Source: an uncultured Methanosarcinales archaeon (lineage in GTDB: Archaea; Nanobdellota; Nanobdellia; Woesearchaeales; ARS49). Taken from it: DNA of 64,000 nucleotides. Below the pieces are notes generated by a model that made no database searches, was not told the origin of the DNA, and was given only the letters and a program-made list of their open reading frames with translations. The stretch is from positions 8,867 to 72,866 of the forward strand of contig CAZDUA010000003.1 of NCBI GenBank assembly GCA_964508495.1, written 5' to 3'. This document shows, in pieces, positions 53,306-61,490 of the stretch; position 1 is the first letter of the stretch, and each line of letters starts with the position of its first letter. A program made the translations under genes and the position numbers.

Positions 53306-54762
53306 CCCTTAATGTTGCCGATAGGGGAGAATTTGACGAGTTTCTTGCTGATGCCTGCTTTGTCCATTACATCAACGACCTCTGATATCGATTTGTATGC
53401 CGCTCCTGCTTCTTCTGCTAGCCCTGAGAATGATGTTGTTCTGACGTAGATTCCTCTTTTTTCCATGTCTTTCTGTAATTGGTCTCCGCGTATTTCTCTT
53501 CTTGCTTGTGTTCTGCTCATTGTTCTTCCCGAGCCGTGTGCTGTGCTTCCAAAGGTTTCTTCTGACGCTTTATCTGTGCCAAGAAGAAGATAACTGCCTG
53601 TTTCCATGCTTCCGCCCACAATGACTGGCTGCCCTATTTTTCTGAACATTGGTGCTAGTTCTGTTCTTGATGGCCCGAAGCATCTTGTTGCTCCTTTTCT
53701 GTGCACTACTAATTTTTTCATTTTGTTTCCAATTTTGTGCTCTTCTAGTTTTGCTATGTTGTGCGCAACATCATAGACTAAGTGCATTTCCATTTGTTCT
53801 GGTGTTTTCTCAAAGATTTTGTGGAAGCATTCTCTTATCCTGTGTAAAATGACCTGCCTGTTGGCAAATGCCGCGTTTGCAGCGCACGCCATGGCATGGT
53901 AGTAGTCTTGTCCTTCTTTGCTTGAGAATGGCGCGCAGGCTAATTCGGGATCTGGTACAGTGATGTCATATTTTCTCATCGCTTCTGAGAATATTTTCAG
54001 GTAGTCTGTTCCTATTTGGTGGCCAAATCCTCTGCTTCCGCAGTGTACCATTACGCAGATTTGGTCTTCGCTGACAATTCCAAGTTTCTCGGCTGTTTTT
54101 TTGTCAAATATTTGTCCTGCGTATTGTATTTCTAGATAGTGGTTTCCAGAGCCGAGCGTTCCGAGTTGGTTTATTCCTCTGCTTATTGCTTTGTCTGATA
54201 CTTTGCTTGTTTCTGCGTGTTCTATGCACCCGTAATCTTCTATTCTCTCTAGGTCTTCGTCCCAGCCGTAGCCGTTTTCTACGCACCATTTGGCTCCGTT
54301 TTGCATGATTTTTTTGAATTCCTGTGTTGTTAGTTTGACGAATCCTTTGCAGCCTACTCCTGCGGGTACTTGTTGGAACAATAAATCTACTAGCGGTTTC
54401 AGTTTTGGTTGTACTTCTTTGTACGTCAAATTTGTTGTCACCAGTCTCATTCCGCAGTTGATGTCAAATCCTATTCCGCCTGGTGAAATAACGCCTGTAT
54501 TTGGATCAAATGCCGCTACTCCTCCTATTGGAAAACCGTAGCCAGAGTGCGCGTCTGGCATGCAGAGTGCTCTTTCTTGTATTCCGGGCAGGCATGCAAC
54601 GTTTGTGAGCTGGTCGTAGACTGCTCTGTCCATTGCTTTGATTAGTTTTTCGCTTGAGTATATTCTTGCTGGTACTCTCATTCCTTCTTTGTATGAGATT
54701 GGTATGTCCCAGATGACTTCTCCTTTTCGTTCAAATTCTGGTATTGGTGCGTTTCGATTCAT
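53302..54762 (-). CDS. rtcB: RNA-splicing ligase RtcB
   Basis: MPDAH.GYGFPIGG, DINCG, LGSGNHYLE, HCGSRG, HNIA, HRKGAT, HGSGR, EEA..AYK. Confidence 0.97.
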   Translation of the reverse strand: MNRNAPIPEFERKGEVIWDIPISYKEGMRVPARIYSSEKLIKAMDRAVYDQLTNVACLPGIQERALCMPDAHSGYGFPIGGVAAFDPNTGVISPGGIGFDINCGMRLVTTNLTYKEVQPKLKPLVDLLFQQVPAGVGCKGFVKLTTQEFKKIMQNGAKWCVENGYGWDEDLERIEDYGCIEHAETSKVSDKAISRGINQLGTLGSGNHYLEIQYAGQIFDKKTAEKLGIVSEDQICVMVHCGSRGFGHQIGTDYLKIFSEAMRKYDITVPDPELACAPFSSKEGQDYYHAMACAANAAFANRQVILHRIRECFHKIFEKTPEQMEMHLVYDVAHNIAKLEEHKIGNKMKKLVVHRKGATRCFGPSRTELAPMFRKIGQPVIVGGSMETGSYLLLGTDKASEETFGSTAHGSGRTMSRTQARREIRGDQLQKDMEKRGIYVRTTSFSGLAEEAGAAYKSISEVVDVMDKAGISKKLVKFSPIGNIKG

Positions 54763-55181
54763 ATGTCTAACACCACGCTTGCTTTCCATGTTCCTTTTTT
54801 CTTCTCAATCGTGTAATAGTGCATTGTAACGGCCTTTACGTCCTGGTGTAGTTCTTGTTCTGTTGGTTTTATTTTGTCCCCGTGTAATATTGCAGTAACA
54901 GTCATTTTCTTTTCGTCTACTTTGACTTTTATTTCACTGAAGACCATTGCGTCTTTGTCTTTCAGGTAAATTATTTCTTCTAGTAACTCAAAAAGCAGTA
55001 ATTCTATGTTTTTTGCTTTCTTTTTGATTGTTTTTTTGATTTTGGCTTTGACGGTTTTTGGGTTTGCCATGCTTGCTATTACTGCTTTTGCCGCGCTTTC
55101 AAATAGTTCGTTTAGGTTTTTGCCTGTTGCTTGGAAGGCGACGTCCGCTATGGCTACGTCTTCGATAAACTTGAATGGCAT
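54759..55181 (-). CDS. Archease (RtcB cofactor)
   Basis: ADVAF.A.G, DVKAVTMH, C-terminal LDI; overlaps rtcB. Confidence 0.93.
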   Translation of the reverse strand: MPFKFIEDVAIADVAFQATGKNLNELFESAAKAVIASMANPKTVKAKIKKTIKKKAKNIELLLFELLEEIIYLKDKDAMVFSEIKVKVDEKKMTVTAILHGDKIKPTEQELHQDVKAVTMHYYTIEKKKGTWKASVVLDI

Positions 55182-55212
55182 GAGTATTTTGCGCTGTGTT
55201 TTGTATATAAAT

Positions 55213-55818
55213 CTACCTGCTCTTTAGAAATTCAAGAACTGTTTTGAGCGAATCCGCGCATACTTCTTCCCTGTTGCGGTTTCCGTCTATGAATATTATG
55301 TTTTCTTTCAATAGTTCTTTGAGTTTGTGGTAGTTTGCGTGTACTTTTTGCAGGAAATCTTCTTTGTGGAATGCGTGTGCGTCTTGTTGTCTTCCTTGTG
55401 TCATTCTTTTTACTGCTTCTGCCACTGGTATGTCTATTACAATTGTCAAATCGGGTACCAGCAAGTCTTTGTGCATTTCGTGTATTTTCTCAAACGGCAC
55501 TCCTTGTGCCATCTGGTAAGCATATGTTGAGTGTTTGTATCTGTCTGACAAAACTATGATGTCTTTTTTGGTGCAGGCTTCTATCATTTTGCAGTGTTTT
55601 GTTCTGTCTTCAACAAATAGTTTTAATGCGTCTTCTCCTTGTGATAGCGGGTCTAGTCTTGATAAGAACTTTTTGAGCCAGTCTCTTTTGTATGGCTCTC
55701 TTGTTAGTAGTATGTGGTTGTTTTTGTCTGCTTCAAACAGTTCAGTGGCTATTTTTTTTATGACTGTGCCTTTTCCGCAACCGTCTATGCCTTCTATTGC
55801 TATGAACGCCCCTTTCAT
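55213..55818 (-). CDS. tmk: Thymidylate kinase
   Basis: FIAIEGIDGCGK.T, TREP, LF..DR..H, DRY..STYAYQ, PDL. Confidence 0.94.
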   Translation of the reverse strand: MKGAFIAIEGIDGCGKGTVIKKIATELFEADKNNHILLTREPYKRDWLKKFLSRLDPLSQGEDALKLFVEDRTKHCKMIEACTKKDIIVLSDRYKHSTYAYQMAQGVPFEKIHEMHKDLLVPDLTIVIDIPVAEAVKRMTQGRQQDAHAFHKEDFLQKVHANYHKLKELLKENIIFIDGNRNREEVCADSLKTVLEFLKSR

Positions 55819-55842
55819 AATCCAGCGAGAACTAAGCTTCTA

Positions 55843-56319
55843 TTAATATTTTCCTAATAGGTCTGATATGGCTGCGCCGATGGCTGCTGGCAGGCTGATG
55901 GCTATTGTAAGTTTGAAGACATGATATGCGTCTTGTGCAATGTTGGTTAGTCCGTAGACGAAGAGTAGCATATATGATACGAATAGCGCGATTAAATAGT
56001 ATGTTATGATTCGTTTCGCCCAGAATTGTCCGAATGTTCTTTGTTTTCTTTGGCTTATTGGTATTCTCGCGTATCCTACAAAGTAGATTTCTGCGGTTAG
56101 AATGAGCCATGTTGTTAGGCTGATGATGATGATGTGGAACATGCCAAGGCTAAGTCCGACTTGTAATAGTAGTCCTTTTAGCACGAATGTGAATCCAAAG
56201 AATAGCGCGCCGAAGAATGCGGCTACTACGTGGCGCATGTCAAAGTGGCCTGGTATTTTTTCGACAAGTCTTTCTTTGATGAGGTGTACTTCCTGTTCAA
56301 TCCTTTCTAGGCTTGCCAT
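55843..56319 (-). CDS. Membrane protein (DUF2391-like), paralogue of 49718..50311
   Basis: Four TM segments; C-terminal AAIGAAISDLLGK closely matches the other copy. Confidence 0.6.
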   Translation of the reverse strand: MASLERIEQEVHLIKERLVEKIPGHFDMRHVVAAFFGALFFGFTFVLKGLLLQVGLSLGMFHIIIISLTTWLILTAEIYFVGYARIPISQRKQRTFGQFWAKRIITYYLIALFVSYMLLFVYGLTNIAQDAYHVFKLTIAISLPAAIGAAISDLLGKY

Positions 56320-56320
56320 T

Positions 56321-56584
56321 TTAGTAGAACTCTACTTCCGGTATGTCTCGGTCTTTCTTTTCTTCTGGTGGAGCGTTTGTTGCTGGCGCGCTGTCGAACA
56401 TGCTCATAAGATTTGAAACTGCCGGTGATGGGTTGTCGAATATGTTTGGTTGTGCTTCTGGTTTTTGTTCTGGCGCTGGCTCATTGGTATAAACATCGTG
56501 CCCGCCTACTAGTCCCATCAGCATTTTTATGGCTTTTCGTATTTCGTCTCTAGAATCTGTTTTGGTGTCAATTGTTATTCTCAT
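56321..56584 (-). CDS. Small hypothetical protein
   Basis: MRITIDTKTDS..EI.KAI N-terminal module, disordered Pro-rich tail; TATA upstream. Confidence 0.6.
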   Translation of the reverse strand: MRITIDTKTDSRDEIRKAIKMLMGLVGGHDVYTNEPAPEQKPEAQPNIFDNPSPAVSNLMSMFDSAPATNAPPEEKKDRDIPEVEFY

Positions 56585-56637
56585 TTCAGCTCTTTTTGTT
56601 TAAAATATTGTCCACGTGACTATAAATACTTTGCGCA

Positions 56638-57204
56638 TTAAAACATGAACATTATCATCGCTGATAATACTATCATGCTTCCAAAGTCTGCTAGTGCTGT
56701 TGCGATTGGTATTAGGTAGTTGTCTGGGTCGTGTTTTTTTCTGTAAACGTAGAATCCTCCTATTGTGCTGACTAGGAATAGTATGAATACGAGCAATATT
56801 GTTGTCAGTATTGAGACTAGAAGTACTTTTTGTGCCAGCATAATATCAAAGGGGAATCCTTTTAGCATTGCTATGAAGTATGCTAGGATCGCAGCGTATA
56901 TTGCTGCTAGAACCGCAATTCCTAGTACGACGAAAAACAGATGGTGTAGTTCTGGTTCTGTCCACCATTTTTTTTCTTTTATTTCTTTTTCGTAAAGCAT
57001 TGTTGTGAATCTTGAGGCTATTATTGTGCCAAAACTTCCTATCATATTGTTTAGGGCTGGAAGCAGAATTAGTATTGGCAATAGCAATGTTAGTTCTGTT
57101 CCTAGTTTTTCAAGTCCTATTCCTCCAAGGCTTGAGATTGCTGATGCTATGATTAGTATTCCTGTGCTTTCGCGCAGTATTTTCCATACGTGGAGTTCTA
57201 TCAT
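56638..57204 (-). CDS. MgtE/SLC41 integral-membrane half-transporter
   Basis: P.L.NM.G..G...ASR, DPDN..IP..T.LAD. Confidence 0.85.
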   Translation of the reverse strand: MIELHVWKILRESTGILIIASAISSLGGIGLEKLGTELTLLLPILILLPALNNMIGSFGTIIASRFTTMLYEKEIKEKKWWTEPELHHLFFVVLGIAVLAAIYAAILAYFIAMLKGFPFDIMLAQKVLLVSILTTILLVFILFLVSTIGGFYVYRKKHDPDNYLIPIATALADFGSMIVLSAMIMFMF

Positions 57205-57740
57205 ATTACGCTCACCGCCAGGTATAATGATGCTATCATGATGATGTCGCCGATGGTTGTAACGTACGGTCCCATTACGTCGTCTGGGTCTATTCCGCGT
57301 TTGAACAGCCAGAATACTGCGGATGTTGTGAGTGGTATCATGAAGATTGCAGAAATTACTGCTGAGATTACTGAGATTGTTATGATTGCTGGGTTTGAGA
57401 TTCCGAATATTAGTTTGGTTGCGATAAAGGCGACCACTCCCAGTACTATTCCGTCAAACAGTGAGAGCAATAGTGATGCTATGCTGTTGTCTCTGATTAT
57501 TTTGCCGTGCGTGAATTTTGGGTTTAGCTTGTGCCGGTGTAGTGCTGAGCCCAATCTTGCTGCCATTGTGCCTGAGATGTCTCCTCTCATGGCGAGCAGT
57601 CCGGGCAGTAGTATGAACAGTCCTGGTTGTGCTATTATTTTGTCAATGAAGAATGTGAGTCCTAGTCCTGCCAGCACTCCGCCTGTTACTGATATGAATT
57701 CTGCGAATAGTATTTCTTCTACTTCGTGTTTTGGATACAT
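57201..57740 (-). CDS. MgtE/SLC41 integral-membrane half-transporter
   Basis: PGLLAMRG.I.G...ARL.SALH, DPDD..GP.VTTIGD. Confidence 0.85.
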   Translation of the reverse strand: MYPKHEVEEILFAEFISVTGGVLAGLGLTFFIDKIIAQPGLFILLPGLLAMRGDISGTMAARLGSALHRHKLNPKFTHGKIIRDNSIASLLLSLFDGIVLGVVAFIATKLIFGISNPAIITISVISAVISAIFMIPLTTSAVFWLFKRGIDPDDVMGPYVTTIGDIIMIASLYLAVSVI

Positions 57741-57807
57741 GCGCCTCTTTTTTGTGTTGTAATGTCAGAAAAAGCTTTTAAAGTCTTCTGTTGAGGACAA
57801 AAGCTAG

Positions 57808-57879
57808 GAACCCGTGATCTAGCGGTTAGGATTCTTCCTTCACAGGGAAGATGCCCCAGTTCGAATCTGGGCGGGTTCA
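57808..57879 (+). tRNA. tRNA-Val (CAC)
   Basis: GAACCCG/CGGGTTC acceptor, CTTCC-TTCACAG-GGAAG anticodon arm, CCCAG-TTCGAAT-CTGGG T-arm, A73. Confidence 0.92.
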
Positions 57880-57882
57880 TAG

Positions 57883-57953
57883 GGGGCTGTAGTCTAGTGG
57901 TAGGATACAAGGTTCGGGACCTTGTGACCCGTGTTCGAATCACGGCAGTCCCA
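57883..57953 (+). tRNA. tRNA-Pro (CGG)
   Basis: GGGGCTG/CAGTCCC acceptor, CAAGG-TTCGGGA-CCTTG, CCGTG-TTCGAAT-CACGG; 3 nt downstream of tRNA-Val. Confidence 0.95.
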
Positions 57954-58125
57954 CTGGGCACTGCATAAGTATAGCGAATACAGTGGGTGATTCGAACACT
58001 CCGTTTTCGTGTCGGAAAGTTGCTATAGTCATATTGTGATACTCCAACTTTCCGAGCAACTTGGCAAACGCGGTTTGCCAAGTAATCACGGCAGTCCCAC
58101 TTGCACGTTAAGCACGCCAGTCCCA
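57938..58125 (+). repeat. tRNA-Pro 3'-end duplications enclosing a structured 146-bp mini-element
   Basis: 18-bp direct repeat AATCACGGCAGTCCCACT (57938-57955 and 58084-58101), third 12/13 copy at 58113-58125, inverted T-arm copy at 57987-57999, two perfect 11-bp hairpins. Confidence 0.85.
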
Positions 58126-58159
58126 TACTTTTATAAACGAATTCTGTTGTAAAATAATC

Positions 58160-58744
58160 ATGGAATGGGTTAACCCGTTGTATTTGAAGAGCGTGGCAGG
58201 TTTGAAAAGGCAGTTTGCTTCCAACAAGCCTTTCCCATATCTCGTTCTCGGCAATTTTTTTGCTAAAAAGATTGAGAAGGTTGCCCATCAGTTGCTGAAG
58301 GAGAAGTTTTACGAGCATAATTCTGATCTGTTTCAGTTTGAGCAGACTGATGATTGTAAGAATGCTAAGCAAACTGCGGTCAAGGAGTTCTATAAGTTCT
58401 TTGGCTCGAGAGAGTTTACTGATTTTGTTTCAAAAGTAACCAGCACTAAGCTCAAATTCATCGACATGTCTGGTTTTATTTATGACGATACTGATTATTT
58501 GTTGCCTCATGATGACCGTTTGTCAGGTAGAAAGATTGCTTATGTCGTGCAGTTAGGGGATGATTTCATTGAAAATGATGGCGGCGCTTTGCAGTTCTTT
58601 AAAGGCAATGAAATTGTAAAGTCAATTCCTCCCCGTTTTAACACTTTTTCCATATTCAAAGTTTCTCCTAAATCTTTGCATCAGGTTCAGGAAGTTATGG
58701 GTAAAAAGCGCAGGATTTCTTTTGCCGGGTGGTTCCATGGTTGA
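58160..58744 (+). CDS. 2OG-Fe(II) oxygenase, OGFOD1/Tpa1-like catalytic domain
   Basis: F....PFPY, DLFQF.QT.D, Y...DYLLPHDD (HxD), RKIAY, GGAL, SLHQVQEV (distal His), RISFAGWFH (2OG Arg). Confidence 0.85.
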   Translation: MEWVNPLYLKSVAGLKRQFASNKPFPYLVLGNFFAKKIEKVAHQLLKEKFYEHNSDLFQFEQTDDCKNAKQTAVKEFYKFFGSREFTDFVSKVTSTKLKFIDMSGFIYDDTDYLLPHDDRLSGRKIAYVVQLGDDFIENDGGALQFFKGNEIVKSIPPRFNTFSIFKVSPKSLHQVQEVMGKKRRISFAGWFHG

Positions 58745-59264
58745 CTGGCTGAGCAGTGCTTATGATGAGGATGCGTTGCATCAGGCGCAGAGGAGTTTCG
58801 GTCTTTCCGGTAATATTCAGTTGCAGTCTTTTCTTTCAGAAAAGGGTCTTGCACTTTTCAAACATTTGAAATTCAGGCACGTTTATGTTCCTGAGAAGTA
58901 TTGTTACAGCATTGCTGACGCTCCTGAATTGAAGGATTTTAACGCGGTTCTTTCTTCAATCGTTGGAGAGAAGGTGAAAGCCAAGTCGGTTTTTTGCTTT
59001 ATGTTCAGCAAGGGCGATTATAGTCTGCTTTACGACGCAATCAAGCCCGGCTCGGGAGTTGCATTTTTCTTGGACTTGTTTGATTTTGATGAGTCTTCGG
59101 GCGGTTTTTCTTCTTTTTTGAAAGACAGCAAAGAGGTCTTCCGTGTGGTTGCAAAGTCCAATTCTCTTACTTTAGTCAATCAGTCTGGTCTGAAGAATTT
59201 TGTTAAGTACGTTAACCATCGTGCTCAAAATCCGCGCGTTTTCTTATATGGCGTGCTACAATAA
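58737..59264 (+). CDS. OGFOD1/Tpa1 C-terminal degenerate DSBH domain-like protein
   Basis: IQLQSFL, F..GDYSLLYD, GGFSSF, NSLTLV, FVKYVNHR; metal ligands absent; 8-nt overlap with the upstream gene. Confidence 0.7.
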   Translation: MVDWLSSAYDEDALHQAQRSFGLSGNIQLQSFLSEKGLALFKHLKFRHVYVPEKYCYSIADAPELKDFNAVLSSIVGEKVKAKSVFCFMFSKGDYSLLYDAIKPGSGVAFFLDLFDFDESSGGFSSFLKDSKEVFRVVAKSNSLTLVNQSGLKNFVKYVNHRAQNPRVFLYGVLQ

Positions 59265-59296
59265 TCATTATAAATGATTGTTGTCGTTAATTGCGC

Positions 59297-59866
59297 ATGC
59301 ATTTGAGTCGTAATGTTTTGAAGGAGTTGATTCTCAATAAGCAGCTTATCACTGATTATGAGGATGTTGATAAACAGCTGACAGCCAACGGTTTTGACGT
59401 GCGCCTTGGAGCAATCGTTGAAGTGATTGATGGCGGGCGTTTGGCGATTTCTAAGTCTGACCATGTTGCTCCTAAGCTTGGCACTGCTGTTGTTTTGAAG
59501 GGTTTTGAGAACCGCTTGCAGGGTTATGATATTAAGGAGGTTCAGGTTGTTGATGAGGGTGTTGTGAAGCTTAATCGTTTGAAACCGTATCTTGTTATTC
59601 CTTGTGAGTCTCTTAATACTCCTGATAATTTGATGTTTCATATTCAGCCAAGGTCTTCTTTGTTTAGAATTACTCAGTCGATGCTCGGCCACGCTTTTGG
59701 CGAAGCCGGTTTTAAGGGTTTTCTCACTTTTATGCTTTTTCCTGTTCTTGACAGTGAGATTGAGCTTGGCGCTCGTATTGCTCAGTTGTCTTTTTCTGAG
59801 CTTAAGGGCGAGGCTAGTTATGCTGACCAGAAAGAAACCAATTATCAGGGCGGCAAGCTTTTCTAG
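59297..59866 (+). CDS. Trimeric dUTPase / dCTP deaminase family protein
   Basis: Q...NGFDVR, PRSSLFR, EAGF.G, GARIAQL.F, YQG. Confidence 0.85.
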   Translation: MHLSRNVLKELILNKQLITDYEDVDKQLTANGFDVRLGAIVEVIDGGRLAISKSDHVAPKLGTAVVLKGFENRLQGYDIKEVQVVDEGVVKLNRLKPYLVIPCESLNTPDNLMFHIQPRSSLFRITQSMLGHAFGEAGFKGFLTFMLFPVLDSEIELGARIAQLSFSELKGEASYADQKETNYQGGKLF

Positions 59867-60654
59867 CCGTATATTCTCTGAAAATTCAACCAGACATTGT
59901 TCGCTACTTCTTCTGGCTCGAACTTTTTTATTTGCGCTATCTTGTCGATTACCGTTTTAACATTCTCGGGCATGTTCGGAAAACTGCCGTCTGGCGATAA
60001 GTAAGGTCCATCAGTCTCGGTTGTTAGCTGATTGATGCTGACCATCTCAACTAATACTTGAAAATGTTGGCTTCGCGCAATGCTTGTAGGAACAGAGAAG
60101 ATAAAGCCTGCATCTGCTGCTTTTTTAATCAAACTTTTTCTGCCTTCGAAGCAGTGCAGTACGACATTTTTTAGCTTGCTTGATATTAGCATGTCTATGC
60201 AGTCTTGTTCTGCTTTGCGTGTATGAACAATTATTGGTTTCTTTAATTTTTCAACAAACTCTATTATTCGCGCAAAATTCTCTCTTTCTTTTTTCTGTAA
60301 TTCCAAATCTTTTACCCAGTGGTAATCTAGTCCCACTTCTCCTACTGCTGCTATCTTTTCTTTATTCTGTTTTATGAACTCGAATTCCTTGTCTAAATCA
60401 ATTGGTCCTTTGTGTGTTGTTAGCCCTCCTTCCACGTCTTGTTCTAGTCCAAGCGCGTCTACTGGATAAATTCCTAAGCTTGCTCTTACCATTGGATATT
60501 TTTTGGCTATTTCTAGTGCTTCTCTGTTTGTTGGAGGGTTTATTCCTGAACAAATGATTGCCTTGACTCCTGCTTTTTTTGCATTGTCTATGACTTTGTC
60601 TAGGTCTGTGTATGCTTTGTGCATTAGATGGCAGTGGTCGTCTACTAAAATCAT
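59863..60654 (-). CDS. tatD: TatD family deoxyribonuclease
   Basis: D.HCH, GEVGLDY, HTRKA, LHCF, ETDGPYL. Confidence 0.92.
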   Translation of the reverse strand: MILVDDHCHLMHKAYTDLDKVIDNAKKAGVKAIICSGINPPTNREALEIAKKYPMVRASLGIYPVDALGLEQDVEGGLTTHKGPIDLDKEFEFIKQNKEKIAAVGEVGLDYHWVKDLELQKKERENFARIIEFVEKLKKPIIVHTRKAEQDCIDMLISSKLKNVVLHCFEGRKSLIKKAADAGFIFSVPTSIARSQHFQVLVEMVSINQLTTETDGPYLSPDGSFPNMPENVKTVIDKIAQIKKFEPEEVANNVWLNFQRIYG

Positions 60655-61490
60655 ATGTGTTTCGAGAAGAAGTCTTTGATTCTTGCTTTATATTCTTTGG
60701 GGTTTGTCGTGTAGCTCATTCCGTGGTCTGCTCCTTCTATTATCCATAGCTGTGCCAGTTTTTTGTCCGCAGAATCATATATTTTTTGTGTCTGGCTTAT
60801 TGGTATCTGTGAGTCAGCATCTCCGTGTATTAGTAGTGTTGGTACGGTTACTCTTGCCTCATACTTTTTGGCGTCCAACCCGTAGAATAGTTTGCCATAA
60901 AATTCTGTCATCCAGACAAATGGGAACTTCAATGGTCCAAGGTAGAAGTATGTTTGTTCTATTATGTCGTGTATGCTGGAATAAGCGCTGTCTGAGACTA
61001 TTGCTTTAATTTTTGGATGTTTTGCTGCTAAGAATGTGAAAGCGCTTAGTGAGAATCCGTATGCTCCGTATGTATGGTTTATGTCTTTTCTGCTGTCTAA
61101 ATATTTTATTGCCGCGTTGAAATCTTGTATTTCTTTTACTCCTCCTGTCGTGCTTGTTCCGTGGCTTTCTCCGAATGACCTGAAGTCGAATAAGAAAAGA
61201 GTATAATCCGGATGTAAAAACGTGACAACGGGGAGTATGTTTCCTTTGTCAAACGGGTACCCGTGTCCAACGATTATTGTTGGTGTTTTTTTCTTTCCTG
61301 GTATTAGCCATCCTGTCAGCGTTAGCCCGTCTTGTGTTTTGAACTGCACTTTCTCATATTCTAATCCATAATTTATTGGAGTGTCTCTGCTTCTGAATTT
61401 TGGCGGGTGCGTGTTGAGCCAGAAGTTGAGCAGTGAGAATAGTATGATGAACCCGATTATGTAACCAGCATATTTAATCCATGGCGTCAT
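60651..61490 (-). CDS. Membrane-anchored alpha/beta hydrolase
   Basis: N-terminal TM, T.DG..L.GW, HG, FDFR.FGES, GFSLS nucleophile elbow, HGDAD, GADH. Confidence 0.85.
   Translation of the reverse strand: MTPWIKYAGYIIGFIILFSLLNFWLNTHPPKFRSRDTPINYGLEYEKVQFKTQDGLTLTGWLIPGKKKTPTIIVGHGYPFDKGNILPVVTFLHPDYTLFLFDFRSFGESHGTSTTGGVKEIQDFNAAIKYLDSRKDINHTYGAYGFSLSAFTFLAAKHPKIKAIVSDSAYSSIHDIIEQTYFYLGPLKFPFVWMTEFYGKLFYGLDAKKYEARVTVPTLLIHGDADSQIPISQTQKIYDSADKKLAQLWIIEGADHGMSYTTNPKEYKARIKDFFSKHI

Noticed and set aside
57808..57879. Reading the tRNA as a TCA (opal suppressor or selenocysteine) anticodon from CCTTCACA
   Set aside because: The perfect stem CTTCC/GGAAG centres the 7-nt loop on CAC (Val). The variable arm is short, and TGA is used as a normal stop codon in this window.
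57938..58125. CRISPR array or tRNA intron
   Set aside because: There are only two full repeats plus one partial, with unequal spacing. The repeat is the tRNA 3' end, no cas genes are present, and tRNA-Pro is already complete without splicing.
57719..58372. 217-aa minus-strand ORF
   Set aside because: It runs antisense across two tRNAs, the repeat element and the oxygenase, and has no recognisable motif.
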